Source of the DNA: Phaeosaccion multiseriatum
Lineage: Eukaryota > Protista > Ochrophyta, other classes
Assembly: GCA_965112735.1 (NCBI GenBank)
Contig: OZ218953.1
Coordinates: 682,001-746,000, forward strand
Length of the DNA stretch: 64,000 bases
Reading direction: 5' to 3'
In this document: in pieces, positions 41,796 to 53,461 of the stretch
How positions within the stretch are numbered: position 1 is the first letter of the stretch
Layout of the letters: each line of letters begins with the position of its first letter
The notes under the pieces: model-generated
Told to the model about the DNA's origin: nothing
Database searches by the model: none
The model's input: only the letters and a program-made list of their open reading frames with translations
Program-made: the position numbers and the translations under genes

Positions 41796-42348
41796 ATGCG
41801 CTTCTGCAGGGAGTGCAACAACATCCTCGCCCCCATGGAAAAACCGTCCGAAGAGAAGCTGTACTACACCTGCATGCGGTGCACGTACGAGGAGGTTGCG
41901 GACACCCACTGCGTGTACACAAATGACCTCGTCCAGGACACGAGGTGAGAGGATTCTGTATGTAGGCACTGCTCTCCTGGTCTCGCACCCACCCTACTCT
42001 TCCTCCCTGCCTCAGCACCAAGCTGGAGATTGTGCAGTCGGAGGTGGTGGACGACCCCACCCTGCAGCGCAGCAGCAACACCGTCTGCGAAAAGTGCAAC
42101 TACAGCGAGACGGTCTTCTTCCAGGTGTGTGTGTGGGGGAGGTGTACACTGTAGGCGCTGACAGGATAAGTGGTGCGTGAGTGCCTCGCGTGTGCTGATG
42201 AAGGTGACGGGAGCGCCTCTTGTTGCTTGCCTCCCCTCACCCCCTCACCACTCACCGCATGCATTCGCAGGCGGAGGGCTCTGCGAAGGCAAACACGCTT
42301 TCCCTCGTTCACGTGTGCACACACTGCGGCCACAAGTGGCTGAGTTGA
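41796..42348 (+). CDS. RPB9: DNA-directed RNA polymerase II subunit RPB9 (3 exons: 41796-41944, 42016-42124, 42271-42348; 111 aa)
   Basis: The spliced product MRFCRECNNILAP..CMRC..DDPTLQR..CEKC..VFFQ..VCTHCGHKWLS has two zinc ribbons and the DPTL motif. It lacks the acidic SADE hairpin of RPC11/RPA12. Both introns are GT-AG and the exons join in frame. Confidence 0.93.
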
Positions 42349-44554
42349 AGGGACGGTGTGAGGAGAAGGGGGAAGGGGCGTGTGTCCGGGAATGTGTCTT
42401 GTGTCCTCCCCTGGAACAGGAGAGAGGACGACGCACGATTCCGCAGCGTTGATGGGCCAAAACCCCCTCCGTATTATTACTCGGGATGGATGGATGGATG
42501 AAACACGAGGTCGAGGCCGCCTCCACGCGCGATGGCAAGGGAGAGAGGTTGGCTGCATACCGATGCACCGCTAGAGAGGACATTCGCCGCCCCTGGCCGG
42601 GCGGGCACACACGCGGCGATGAGTGCGTCGCTCCGGGGAGGAGGCTGGACGGCGGCACACACCCTGGGCTTGGAAAGAGTGCATCGGTCTTTAGAAGATT
42701 GCTTTTTATTCGACTCGCAACGACGTTGTCTGCTTGGGTGCTTTTGTCGTCATAAGCTTGCCTCTCCCCTCGGCGGTGTTGCTACTACGACGTGTGCTCA
42801 CGTGGAGGGACCAGCACACACACAGAGAGAGAGACGTCTTTCCCTGCACTGAAGGAGGAGGAAAGCTCATGTGGGGGCGCTGCTCGAGGGGGGGCGTAGT
42901 GCCCACCAGAAACACAGAGGGCCTGCCATCGGGGCCACGGGCAAAGAGCGGATTGCCCCATGGTTTGCAGTAAGCAAATTGTTCTCAGTGAGGACCTACC
43001 AGGGCATTGGTGAGTGGTATTTACTAGCTGTCTTGAGTTTGCTACTGTACACACAAAAGAAGGAAGAAGAAAACAAAAACAAAAACTTCTTTCACCTTTC
43101 CTTCTGGCTATCCGTAGTACTACATGAGCCGAATCATATCGGCTCCCGCTGCTGCTGGGGGTAGCATGCTACTATGGCGGTTGGCAGCTCCCAATTGGCC
43201 CGTATGACCTTATCGCTCGCCGCCCCGGCTGACGCCGGCAGGTAATAGGAAGCAAACCGGATGATGCCGGCAGTAGCAGGGAGCAAGGCAGGAGGAGAGA
43301 GAGGTTTTGTTAAGGAAGAAAGGATGTCCACCTGGCACGCCGTGGTGCGGCATCGCAGTCTGACCGGGCACGAGAGGGATGCGGGCGCAAACGTCCCGCT
43401 GTTGTTCCACCAGAGAAGGGTGCCCCCAAGAAGCAGAAGCAGAAGAATAGCGCTCCAACAGGGGGTGGTGGCCTCAAGCAGCAGAAGCAAAGAGGACGAG
43501 AAAGGTGGGCAGGCGGAGGACGACGGCTTCAGCAGCGCAACTGTAGACTTCCCTGGCGTTACCCAGCAGATAGGCAGCACGTGCACGACTTGACGCAGTT
43601 AAGGGAAAGCCCAGTCGTCTGGCAGCGTGGCAGAAAGACCTTTGCAAGGCGATGGATGTGTAAAGCAGAGTCACGTTGCTCTCCACCTAGGATAGGAGTA
43701 GCCGCATGGACAAGGTAATAGCAACCCCAAAGCCAGCCTGGCAGCCAGCCTTGCCTCTATTAGCTTTATCCGTGAGCCATCCTAAACGACCAACCTGCTG
43801 GGAGGTGAGTGAGAAACGGGCCACGCACCGTTTCTCACCGTATTTGCCTGGGCCTGGGCCATTGACATAATACTGACTTTCAACATCCCCGTCAGCCATC
43901 CCTGCACTTCTAACATCCCCCTGAACTAAACTATTGCGTGTCCCCACGCAACTCAAGCGGGTTCGCCTACTAAAGCTCGACTTGTAGCAAACGCCGCCGG
44001 ATGAGAACTATGCAAAACTCACCCAGGTGTGTGCGACCGCTCCTCCAACACACACCCTGCTGTATTGGTGAGAAAATCCCACGACTCAAACTCACCCACA
44101 CAGGCTCACGGATGAGAAGATCCCATGACTCAAACTCACCCGCGCAATATCTGTCTCCACTCCTACTCGCCACCATCGTTGCCAAAGCCTCACTGCGCAC
44201 CACTAATGCTGACTGCCAAAGTGTTTACTAGTGTGCCTGCAAGGCACCCAGACAGTCCCTAAAGCAGCCTTGCGAGTATCCTTCTCTGTCGCCAACCAAA
44301 CTCCGTGTCGTAGTAGTTTCTCATCAGCCCCGTATTTTGGGGAAATTGCCCGGCCTAGCGAGGGCCGTAGGGCTAGCAGCGAGGCGGAAGAGACAACACG
44401 AACCAATTCTACTCCTCACTTCCAATCCCATGCAATTAAACTGACTACTCTTTGCACTCTGGGCACTCCCACCGTCCGCCTAGTTGGCTGGACTGGCGTC
44501 TGCCCTAGGCCGCCGCCGCCTAGCTAGGCGGCGGCATATAAATAGGCCGAGGGC

Positions 44555-45985
44555 CCACGACCTCTCTCCCTCACACTCTCTCTCCCTCCTTCCCCCTCTT
44601 CCTCGCCCTCGCCCTCTCCCTCTCCCTCTCCCTGTCGCACGCGCCTCTCCTCTGTCCCTGTCCCTACCCCCACCCCCCTCTCCAGTCACTTTGGGGGCCC
44701 GCGGGGGGGCGGGGCGCTCTCCTGCCCTCCACGAATGTAGACTCACCTAGGTAGGAACTCGTCTAGATACTCCCTCCCTGTCTCGTCGTGAGCGCAAGGG
44801 GCTGGGCTCGCCGCGTCACTAAAATTGGGTGGCGGCGCTTGAAGCAAGCCCTGCAGCCAGCCTCCTGATGCCACCAATGAAGCAACTCCCAATGCATGGG
44901 CCATTCTCCTGGCCAGGGTGCCTACATGGTTCCAGTCAACCCCAAAGCCGCGGAAGCTCACCAGTGCCGCTTCGGTTGAGGCAGGCAAGGCTTGATTGCT
45001 CTTCCCACCAACAGCCACAGAATCTTGCACCTATTCTCCAGAGCAGTCTTGGTGATTCCATACTGCCGCGCCGCCTTCCCAAGGCTGACTTTATCATTCT
45101 TCACAGCAGATACAGCAGCCTTGTCCATGTGTTCCTTCTCTGTCGACCCCTCGACATCGTATCGCCGTCTACATTGTGGTTGCTGTCCCGCTGATGCAGC
45201 CACTGTTGATGGAGGGGATGGCCCGCTGGCGAGCCTCCGCGCCAAAGCTTGCCGTGCTGTCTTCGACAGCGGTCTCCCCCTTGCATCCTTCACACTCCGA
45301 GGTCAATGGCCGTTGCTGCAGTCGCGAGCGCAGGCGGCTGTGACACACGTGTCGAAGAGTTTACCTCTTGGGGTTTGGTGCCACCCGTCAGGAGATTCCT
45401 CCATGCTGCTGCTGCCGCCGCAAAATGCTCCCGAAGCTGCTGGTGGCACTCGCTCCTACCTCGACGGCTCCCTGTGTTGCACGTGAGAGTGGTCCCTTCT
45501 GCTGCCCCCCCCCCCCCATCAAATGTCGTGGCTCTCCCCTCTCCTCAGGGTGGCCGTCACATCTCCACTACCACCAGGCTCGATGTCAGAGGTCTGTCTC
45601 TCTCTCTCTCTCTCTCTCAATCATCAGTAAACATAAGTTTCCTGAATGTCTTGTGGTCGCCATTCGTCGCCCGCTGGAAGTCATTCCACGTCATCGATGG
45701 AAGGTCCTTCCCAATGCTCTCAAGGATGGGTTCATCAGATACCCCCTTCACGTTAAGCCTGCCATGACAAGACGAAGAACAAGCAATCAAGGATGAGACT
45801 ATGAAATTCGGAAGGGTCTGCGCCAAAAATCTCAATTCCTTCCCTGTTGGCTCACCTTGGTGTCTCTCCCCTCAGCTCGGCCAAGAAAGCCTCCAGTCCT
45901 TCCTTGCTGGTAGTACCAGCCAGGTTTTGAATAACTTCTGGACATCGTTGTAGGTAAGTTCCTTCACGTCGTGGTGAACATCCTT
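44555..45985. repeat. Block A: dispersed direct duplication (partner at 48890-50375)
   Basis: Both copies begin ccacgacctctctccctcacactctc and are colinear, with small indels, through ttccttcacgtcgtggtgaacatcct. Confidence 0.9.
44830..45150 (-). pseudogene. Remnant of a pogo/Tigger-type transposase N-terminus (pipsqueak-like HTH plus CENP-B-type HTH), copy 1
   Basis: HMDKAAVSAVKNDKVSLGKAARQYGITKTALENRCK, then after a frameshift ALPASTEAALVSF..GFGVD..ASGGWLQGL. This matches the HTH_psq pattern and the ASxGWL signature of CENP-B-type HTH. No DDE domain is visible. Confidence 0.65.
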
Positions 45986-46521
45986 CATGAACTTCTTCTC
46001 TCTCTCTTTTCTGGATCCCTTCAGGACTTGGCAGGCTTCTCGCTACTTCCTGCAGGCGTCCCCCTCCCCTGCGTACTTTTACTTGTAGACAACCATAGAT
46101 GGCACTTAAAGGGAAAGGACTCGCACGAGGAGCTGAGACCACAATAAAAGCGGGAAGATCAAGATTCACACTCACTAGTTGCGGCTGGGTGCCTGTTGCG
46201 GCTGAGGGCCTACCTCTGGAGGGTGGGCGTGCTTTCCGCCTCTTTCGAGAGTTTCCTGAGAGAAAGGAGGGGAAGAAGTGAACGCTTCTTCCTGGGGAGG
46301 TTAAGTGCCTACTCCCGGATCCCTCTCCTAAAACAGTATCAGGGCTGCTGCCTCATCAGACTTTCCACCACTCCGCTTGCGTGCGTCTGCTGCTGCCCCC
46401 CCCCCCCCTTCCGTAGTTCTTCGGCTCTCACCAGCAGAGAGGAAAAAGAAAGCGGGAAGAAGGGGTAAAACTCCTCCACCCTTTTTTCTCAAGGCCTACT
46501 GTATTTGATACTTGACGCACA

Positions 46522-47626
46522 ATGGAGACGAGGCTGCAGCGGAGAAGAGCGTTGGGGCATGGGGATGCGGGGCGTAACTCGACGCAGCAGGGGAGAGGAA
46601 GCAGGAGGAGATGGTTTCTAGCAGCAGCAGCGAGTAGTGCTGATGGCAGTTCTACTGCTTCAGATCAAGGGAGGAATGGGTTGCGCTTTGAAGCTTGCCA
46701 CGAGGTGTTGGCACAGCCCGAGCTGCTCAGCGCTATCTTGGAGCACGATGGAAAGGGGCATTTCTGCTTCGTGGCAAGTGTGTGTGAGGAGTGGAAGGCC
46801 AGCTCCACCGCTTTGTATCCAGCAGCGGAGACAGCTTTTTCGTCCGTGGTGAGCTCAGTGGAGTGCGTAAATTGGGCGACAAGTCAGCAGGGCCTCGAGC
46901 TAACTGAGGAGCTCTTCTGGGCCGCTGCTCGGTACGGTGATGTCGAGGTATGCAAGGCCCTCCATGGCAAGGACTGTCCCTGGGATGAAGCTGTGTGTAT
47001 GGCAGCAGCGAAGAACAGTAAGCATGGCCTGAGCGTACTGAAGTGGCTGCGCTCGGAGAACCTTCCCGACAAGGAGCAGTGCCCATGGTACGGTAACGGG
47101 GCACTTGGAGATGTGAGTGGCGAGGCAGCTAGGGAAGGGCACTTGGAGATGCTCAAGTGGTTGCTATCGGAGGGTCATGTACCATTTGGTGAGCGGTGTT
47201 GGGCGGATGCGTTGGGGTGGGCATATCCCTGTCATGGAATGGCTTCTCGAGCATCCTCCCACGAGAGCCTTGCTGGAAGAGAATGATTATGACGAGTGGC
47301 GCGATGGGGCTTGTAATGCAGCTGCAGGGGGCCACCTCGAGGTACTGCAGCTCCTCCACACCAATGCTCGCCACCTCTGTGATTGGAATGAGAGGGTCTG
47401 TTGGTATGCAGTCACGTTCGGTCAGAGTCTTGCTGTGCTGAAATGGCTCCGATCGGAGGAAGTGCAGTGTGCGTGGGACGAAAAGTCGTGCCCACAGGTC
47501 GTCAGGGACAGAGTGTATCAAGAATTTTGCGACGAAGAAAACGAATGGGATATCGACGCCAAAACCTTTGAGGATATCAAGCAGTGGGTGCACGCCAATG
47601 GGCGTCCCTGCAACTGCCAGGACTGA
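46522..47626 (+). pseudogene. Intronless F-box-like plus CPWD-type ankyrin-repeat protein with one frameshift near 47212
   Basis: ORF 46522-47286 (ELLSAILEH..FVASVCEEWK; AARYGDVEVCKAL..CPWDEAVCMAAA..LSVLKWLR; AAREGHLEMLKWL) continues in another frame (GGHIPVMEWL; AAAGGHLEVLQLL..CDWNERVC..LAVLKWLR..CAWDE) to 47626. Confidence 0.8.
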
Positions 47627-47804
47627 GAGGAGAATAAGCAGGCGTGGGTGAGAGGCACATGGAGCAAATACCGCACCTTCTGCTGTGCATGTTGGTGGTG
47701 GGAGGGTTTAGACCATTGCACAGCTTGGCATCTTGATTGAGTGAGCAAGCGGAGGGCTGTTAACGGGGGTCTGGGTCGGGGCTGGTCAAAAGGGAGGCAT
47801 GAGC

Positions 47805-48889
47805 GGCCACATGCAGGCACCTGGGAGCGTAGCTTAGCATGGCAGGGCTCAAGGAGAGGCCCCCCGACGGGAGGGATGGGGGTAGCTGCGCAGACTTGCA
47901 CACCTATCATATCATCCATCCTCCTTGCTCGATCCGCTGTGGCACGACTGATAGCAAAGGCCTTAGACCCTGGAGAGAAGGGGGAAAATAGACTTCAATT
48001 TATGAGTTTCATGTCTGTTTTCTTGAACTTCCCGGCTTGCTTGAGACTAGCGAAAACGGAACGAGTGAATGCCACATGGTGGTGTATATTAATGTCCGGC
48101 AGCAGCAACCAGAAGAGCGTTACTGTTTGTGCCTGTGTGGCTTGGGCTTGGCCAGCGCTACCGCCGAGGAAGAAGGCACATCACGATAAGCTTGGGCTGC
48201 CCTGTCCGCCGCGCTACCCCCCGGGAAAGGGTAGGGCAGAGGCCCAATCTGTGGCTGCTGCTGGCAAGCCGTAGCCCCCCCCTCCAGGCTTCGGGTCAGG
48301 CTTCAGGCTTCTCAGGCTGGGAGAAAAATGGGGGACTTGGCAGACTTTTCGCTACTTTCTGCAGGCTTCTGGCCGCAGGCCAGCCGCAGGCTTCTTACTT
48401 TCGGCCGCAGGCCGCCGCAGGCTTCTGCTTTATCGGGGGCCCGAGAAACCTCGCCTGGAGCCGAGCCACATGCAGGCACCTGGGAGCGTAGCTTAGCATG
48501 GCAGGGCTCAAGGAGAGGCCCCCCGACGGGAGGGATGGGGGTAGCTGCGCAGACTTGCACACCTATCATATCATCCATCCTCCTTGCTCGATCCGCTGTG
48601 GCACGACTGATAGCAAAGGCCTTAGACCCTGGAGAGAAGGGGGAAAAGAGACTTCAATTTTTGAGTTTTATGTCTGTTTTCTTGAACTTCCCGGCTTGCT
48701 TGAGACTAGCGAAAACGGAACGAGTGAATGCCACATGGTGGTGTATATTAATGTCCGGCAGCAGCAACCAGAAGAGCGTTACTGTTTGTGCCTGTGTGGC
48801 TTGGGCTTGGCCAGCGCTACCGCCGAGGAAGAAGGCACGTCACGATAAGCTTGGGCTGCCCTGTCCGCCGCGCTACCCCCCGGGAAAGG
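47805..48889. repeat. Block B direct duplication: 47805-48230 and 48464-48889, separated by a ~230-bp spacer rich in CAGGCTTC/GCCGCAGGC motifs
   Basis: Both copies run from gccacatgcaggcacctggg to ccccgggaaagg with only a few substitutions. Confidence 0.92.
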
Positions 48890-50375
48890 CCACGACCTCT
48901 CTCCCTCACACTCTCTCTCCCTCCTTCCCCCTCTTCCTCGCCCTCGCCCTCTCCCTCTCCCTCTCCCTGTCGCACGCGCCTCTCCTCTGTCCCTGTCCCT
49001 ACCCCCACCCCCCTCTCCAGTCACTTTGGGGGCCCGCGGGGGGGGCGGGGCGCTCTCCTGCCCTCCACGAATGTAGACTCACCTAGGTAGGAACTCGTCT
49101 AGATACTCCCTCCCTGTCTCGTCGTGAGCGCAAGGGGCTGGGCTCGCCGCGTCACTAAAATTGGGTGGCGGCGCTTGAAGCAAGCCCTGCAGCCAGCCTC
49201 CTGATGCCACCAATGAAGCAACTCCCAATGCATGGGCCATTCTCCTGGCCAGGGTGCCTACATGGTTCCAGTCAACCCCAAAGCCGCGGAAGCTCACCAG
49301 TGCCGCTTCGGTTGAGGCAGGCAAGGCTTGATTGCTCTTCCTACCAACAGCCACAGAAGCAACCCGTCCCTTGCACCTATTCTCCAGAGCAGTCTTGGTG
49401 ATTCCATACTGCCGCGCCGCCTTTATCATTCTTCACAGCAGATAGAGCCTTGTCCATGTGTTCCTTCTGCATCGCTGTCTACATTGTGGTTGCTGTCCCG
49501 CTGATGCAGCCACTGTTGATGGAGGGGATGGCCCGCTGGCGAGCCTCCGCGCCAAAGCTTGCGGTGCTGTCTTCGACAGCGGTCTCCCCCTTGCATCCTT
49601 CACACTCCGAAGGTCAATGGCCGTTGCTGCAGTCGCGAGCGCAGGCGGCTGTGACACACGTGTCGAAGAGTTTACCTCTTGGGGTTTGGTGCCACCCGTC
49701 AGGAGATTCCTCCATGCTGCTGCTGCTGTTCGTGCCTTCGCAGCAGCATCCTCCTCATCCTCGTCCTCGTCGCTGCTGCTGCTTCTGATGCTGATGCTGA
49801 CGCTGCTAATGCTGCTGCTGCCGCCGCTAATGCTTCTGAAGCTGCTGGTGCTCGTGGTGCTCCCTGTGGTCCCTTCTGCTGCCCTCCATCAAATGTCGTG
49901 GCTCTGCCCCTCTCCTCAGGGTGGCCGTCATGTCCACTACCACCAGGCTCGATGTCAGAGGTCTCTCTCTCTCTCTCAATCATCAGCAGACATCTGCATC
50001 TCAGTCTCCCTTTCTTTCAGCCTCCTGAATGTCTTGTGGTCACCATTCGTCGCCCGCTGGAAGTCATTCCACGTCATCGATGGAAGCTCCTTCCCAATGC
50101 TCTCAAGGATGGGTTCATCAGATAGCCCCTTCACGTTAAGCCTGCCATGACAAGACGAAGAACAAGCAAGCAAGGATGAGACTATGAAATTCGGAAGGGT
50201 CTGCTCCAAAAATCTAAATTCCTTCCCTGTTGGCTCACCTTGGTGTCTCTCCCCTCAGCTCGGCCAAGAAAGCCTTCAGTCCTTCCTTGCTGGTACCAGC
50301 TGTGTGTGCCACTCACACCTTTGAATAGCTTCTGGACATTGTTGTAGGTAAGTTCCTTCACGTCGTGGTGAACAT
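48890..50375. repeat. Block A': second copy of block A
   Basis: Colinear with 44555-45985; directly abuts the second copy of block B. Confidence 0.9.
49170..49465 (-). pseudogene. Remnant of a pogo/Tigger-type transposase N-terminus, copy 2
   Basis: KAARQYGITKTALENRCKGRVASVAVGRKSNQALPASTEAALVSF..ASGGWLQGLL (ORF 49079-49429); its deletion differs from that of copy 1. Confidence 0.65.
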
Positions 50376-50821
50376 CCTCCAGGAATGAGAGATAACCTGC
50401 GCGGGTCTTGCATTTTTTTCTCTCTTCTCTCGGTCCCTCATGTGGCAAACCAAGGCTCTTTTGAACTCCAAGAAGGAAACCACTCCCGCAGCCATCATCT
50501 TGTCCGGCCATTGCAATGGGGGCGACGCTGTAGCCGGAACAGCAGCGGCAGCCCATAAGTTGGGGAACATATTACTTTTAGTACCTTACGTAAGTACGTC
50601 ACGTAAGGGAATTGGTTGTCTGTCCGCTGGGGAAATTGGCCCCCCCGCCACGATGTATCTCGCCACTTTCCAGAGGTGCGTGTGACTTTCTGCTCCGCGT
50701 CCAGAGTAGCCATAGGTAAGGGAGGCACAATAAAGCCATCAGAACCTCAGACACCTTCCTTCCTTCCTCAACAGGAAACAGAGAGGATCGAAAAAAAAGG
50801 GATAGAGGGGATAGATTGACA

Positions 50822-50954
50822 GTCGACCCCTGACACGCTATCGCACACTTTCTCGATAGCGGATAGCGCACCGGCTGGTACCGGGATAGCGGATAGCGCA
50901 CCGGCTGGCGCCGGCGATGGCGGATAGCGGATAGCGTGTCAGCCAGGGGTCGAC
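50822..50954. mobile_element. Short TIR element (MITE-like) with internal GATAGCGGATAGCG repeats
   Basis: Left end gtcgacccctgacacgctatc and right end gatagcgtgtcag(ccag)gggtcgac; flanked on both sides by GACA. Confidence 0.7.
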
Positions 50955-51128
50955 GACAGGAAACAGTCGGCCCCTGGCATGCTTCTGAGGCGACCCTGCT
51001 TCGTGCTTCTGGCCGGCGCCAGCCGGCCTTCGGCCCCAGACTGGCCTAGCTAGAAGCCTAGGGGGGCCGCAGGCCCCCGGCCTAGGCCTACAGTATTTTT
51101 GGCGCAGCCCCCCCGGCCTAGGCCTAGG

Positions 51129-51576
51129 CAGGAAACAGAGAGGATCGAAAAAAAAGGGATAGATGCCCACAGGAAACAGAGAGGATCGAAAAAAAAGGGA
51201 TAGATGCCCACAGGAAACAGAGAGGATCGAAAAAAAAGGGATAGATGCCCACAGGAAACAGAGAGGATCGAAAAAAAAGGGATAGATGCCCACAGGAAAC
51301 AGAGAGGATCGAAAAAAAAGGGATAGATGCCCACAGGAAACAGAGAGGATCGAAAAAAAAGGGATAGATGCCCACAGGAAACAGAGAGGATCGAAAAAAA
51401 AGGGATAGATGCCCACAGGAAACAGAGAGGATCGAAAAAAAAGGGATAGATGCCCACAGGAAACAGAGAGGATCGAAAAAAAAGGAGTAGATGCCCACAG
51501 GAAACAGAGAGGATCGAAAAAAAAGGGATAGATGCCCACAGGAAACAGAGAGGATCGAAAAAAAAGGAGTAGCTGC
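51129..51576. repeat. 41-bp tandem satellite, left arm (~11 units); an orphan unit lies at ~50770-50805
   Basis: Unit CACAGGAAACAGAGAGGATCGAAAAAAAAGGGATAGATGCC, head-to-tail with no spacers. Confidence 0.97.
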
Positions 51577-51824
51577 TGTGGTAGATTGTCCTGCCTGAGG
51601 GTTTCCGGTCACACATTCTGGGGTATAATAAGAATGTCGGTTTCCTAGGCACGCCCCGAGGGGGTTCAACGGCTCTAGCGTTTCACCCTCCTCTTTGTGG
51701 GCACAAGCTTTGCATCAGCAAGTAGTAGAGATATATTATCAATACGGACACTGACGCCCCACCATAGGCGCAGCATATACTTAGTCCAAACCCCTTAACG
51801 TTTCTACTATCTTAGCTTAGCACA
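51577..51824 (+). repeat. 5' LTR (248 bp)
   Basis: tgtggtagattgtcc...cttagcttagcaca. Confidence 0.97.
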
Positions 51825-51891
51825 GAACTAGTTCTCGCTTTAGAAAGGCTTTGGAGAAGGATTTTCTCGGACCGATTGGAGGAGCGACATC

Positions 51892-53226
51892 ATGGCGGTT
51901 CAAGGCATCATCATGAGGGACCCAACCCATTATCCGGAGATACGGACGCCTCTATCTGCGGAAGTCGTCAGCGAGTTCTTACTGCAGTACGATCAGTCCG
52001 CGCTCAGGGATAGGGACAAGCCGCTGGATATCCCCAGCATGGTGCAGCTCATCGAACCAGCACATCGTTTTGGAATAGCCATCGCCAATAAAGTGTCGGA
52101 GGCTCAGCTAACGTCCAAGATGGTACGGGATTACTTGGAGAGGTGGTTGAAGAAGAATCGCAGGGAGGACGTCAACGGCAACGCCACTCTTAATGAGATC
52201 ATCAGGAGGACGGTAATCGAGTACGACCCAGACCCTCTTCAGTTCAAGCACAATCTCCAGTATATGTGCCAGCAATACCTTCGCGCGATTCACGAGTCGG
52301 CAGCAAGGAAGGAGTACCTGAACTTGAACCCCACCGATACGAATTACCTTGGTCCGAACGGAAAGCACGCTGCCAAAGGGATGCAGCGAGGCTTACTCAC
52401 CATCGTCAAGAATTATGACCCATGCATGGAGAAGATGCTGGTGGACGCGTTCAAAGATGGACAGAAGGACTGGGGAGAGCATCACGGGGAGTGGATGGAG
52501 AAATTCGTCAAACACTTGTGCCAGTGGGCCACCATGAGAGCGGCAGCACGGCGTATCGGCGGTAAGGCCGAACATTTCCTTCCCGGACTCAAGGGTGACC
52601 AAGGAGCATCTGGAGGCGGCGGGGGGGGCGGTGGTGGGCAAGGCAAAGGTGCAGGCGGCAAGCGCAAGTGGCAGCAGGAGCAGCAGCCAAAGCGTACGGG
52701 TGCAGAGACCTCCTCGAAGGAGACAGCAGCGGGCAAAGAGACAGCCAGCAACCCATTGAAGAAGGCCCGTACTCCGAAGTGCTGGGCCTGCGACAAGCCG
52801 CATCGGATTGACGACTGCCCTACAACCACTGCCGAAGACAAGAAACGCATCAAGGCAGAGAAACAGAAGGCATGGGAGCAGAGGAAGGCTGAGGCGAAGA
52901 AACCGGGGGTGACGTCCGTCTCATCTTCTTCGGCTGCGGCAGGTGTTTCTTTGCCAGGGCCAGTTGCTATGGACCTCACGGGAGACCGCATGAGCGTGGT
53001 TCTCGTGAATGACACGACTCCGGAGGTGCGGATGTCGGCGCAAGCCCTGTTTGACAGCGGATGCGATGTGGGTATGGTCATGGGTGGTGACCTGGCTCGC
53101 ACGTGGGTCGGAAAGGGTGGTGGTGTACTAGAGGCCTGTGAGCCTTCGGAGTGCGTCACTGCTGCTGGACCTGTGACTGCCAACGAAGTGTTGTGCGGCA
53201 GTCACCTTGAGATTGTGCTAAGCTAA
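51892..53226 (+). CDS. gag: Gag plus the N-terminal half of the aspartic protease (cut short by a stop in the inserted LTR)
   Basis: Zinc knuckle CWACDKPHRIDDC; protease active site ALFDSG; the ORF runs 4 codons into the inverted LTR and stops at TAA 53224-53226. Confidence 0.9.
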   Translation: MAVQGIIMRDPTHYPEIRTPLSAEVVSEFLLQYDQSALRDRDKPLDIPSMVQLIEPAHRFGIAIANKVSEAQLTSKMVRDYLERWLKKNRREDVNGNATLNEIIRRTVIEYDPDPLQFKHNLQYMCQQYLRAIHESAARKEYLNLNPTDTNYLGPNGKHAAKGMQRGLLTIVKNYDPCMEKMLVDAFKDGQKDWGEHHGEWMEKFVKHLCQWATMRAAARRIGGKAEHFLPGLKGDQGASGGGGGGGGGQGKGAGGKRKWQQEQQPKRTGAETSSKETAAGKETASNPLKKARTPKCWACDKPHRIDDCPTTTAEDKKRIKAEKQKAWEQRKAEAKKPGVTSVSSSSAAAGVSLPGPVAMDLTGDRMSVVLVNDTTPEVRMSAQALFDSGCDVGMVMGGDLARTWVGKGGGVLEACEPSECVTAAGPVTANEVLCGSHLEIVLS

Positions 53227-53461
53227 GATAGTAGAAACGTTAAGGGGTTTGGACTAAGTATATGCTGCGCCTATGGTGGGGCGTCAGTGTCCGTATTGAT
53301 AATATATCTCTACTACTTGCTGATGCAAAGCTTGTGCCCACAAAGAGGAGGGTGAAACGCTAGAGCCGTTGAACCCCCTCGGGGCGTGCCTAGGAAACCG
53401 ACATTCTTATTATACCCCAGAATGTGTGACCGGAAACCCTCAGGCAGGACAATCTACCACA
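53214..53461 (-). mobile_element. Inverted solo LTR of the same family, nested in the protease coding region
   Basis: Reverse complement of the 248-bp LTR, flanked by a perfect 4-bp duplication AGAT (53210-53213 and 53462-53465). Confidence 0.96.

Noticed and set aside
42508-42530. Similarity to 60064-60086 (both read VEAASTR)
   Set aside because: Only ~23 bp with several mismatches and no flanking extension; could be chance in GC-rich DNA.
53386-53461. Separate pol start inside the inverted LTR
   Set aside because: The called start is a GTG in LTR antisense sequence; the native Pol is continuous with Gag once the insertion is removed.
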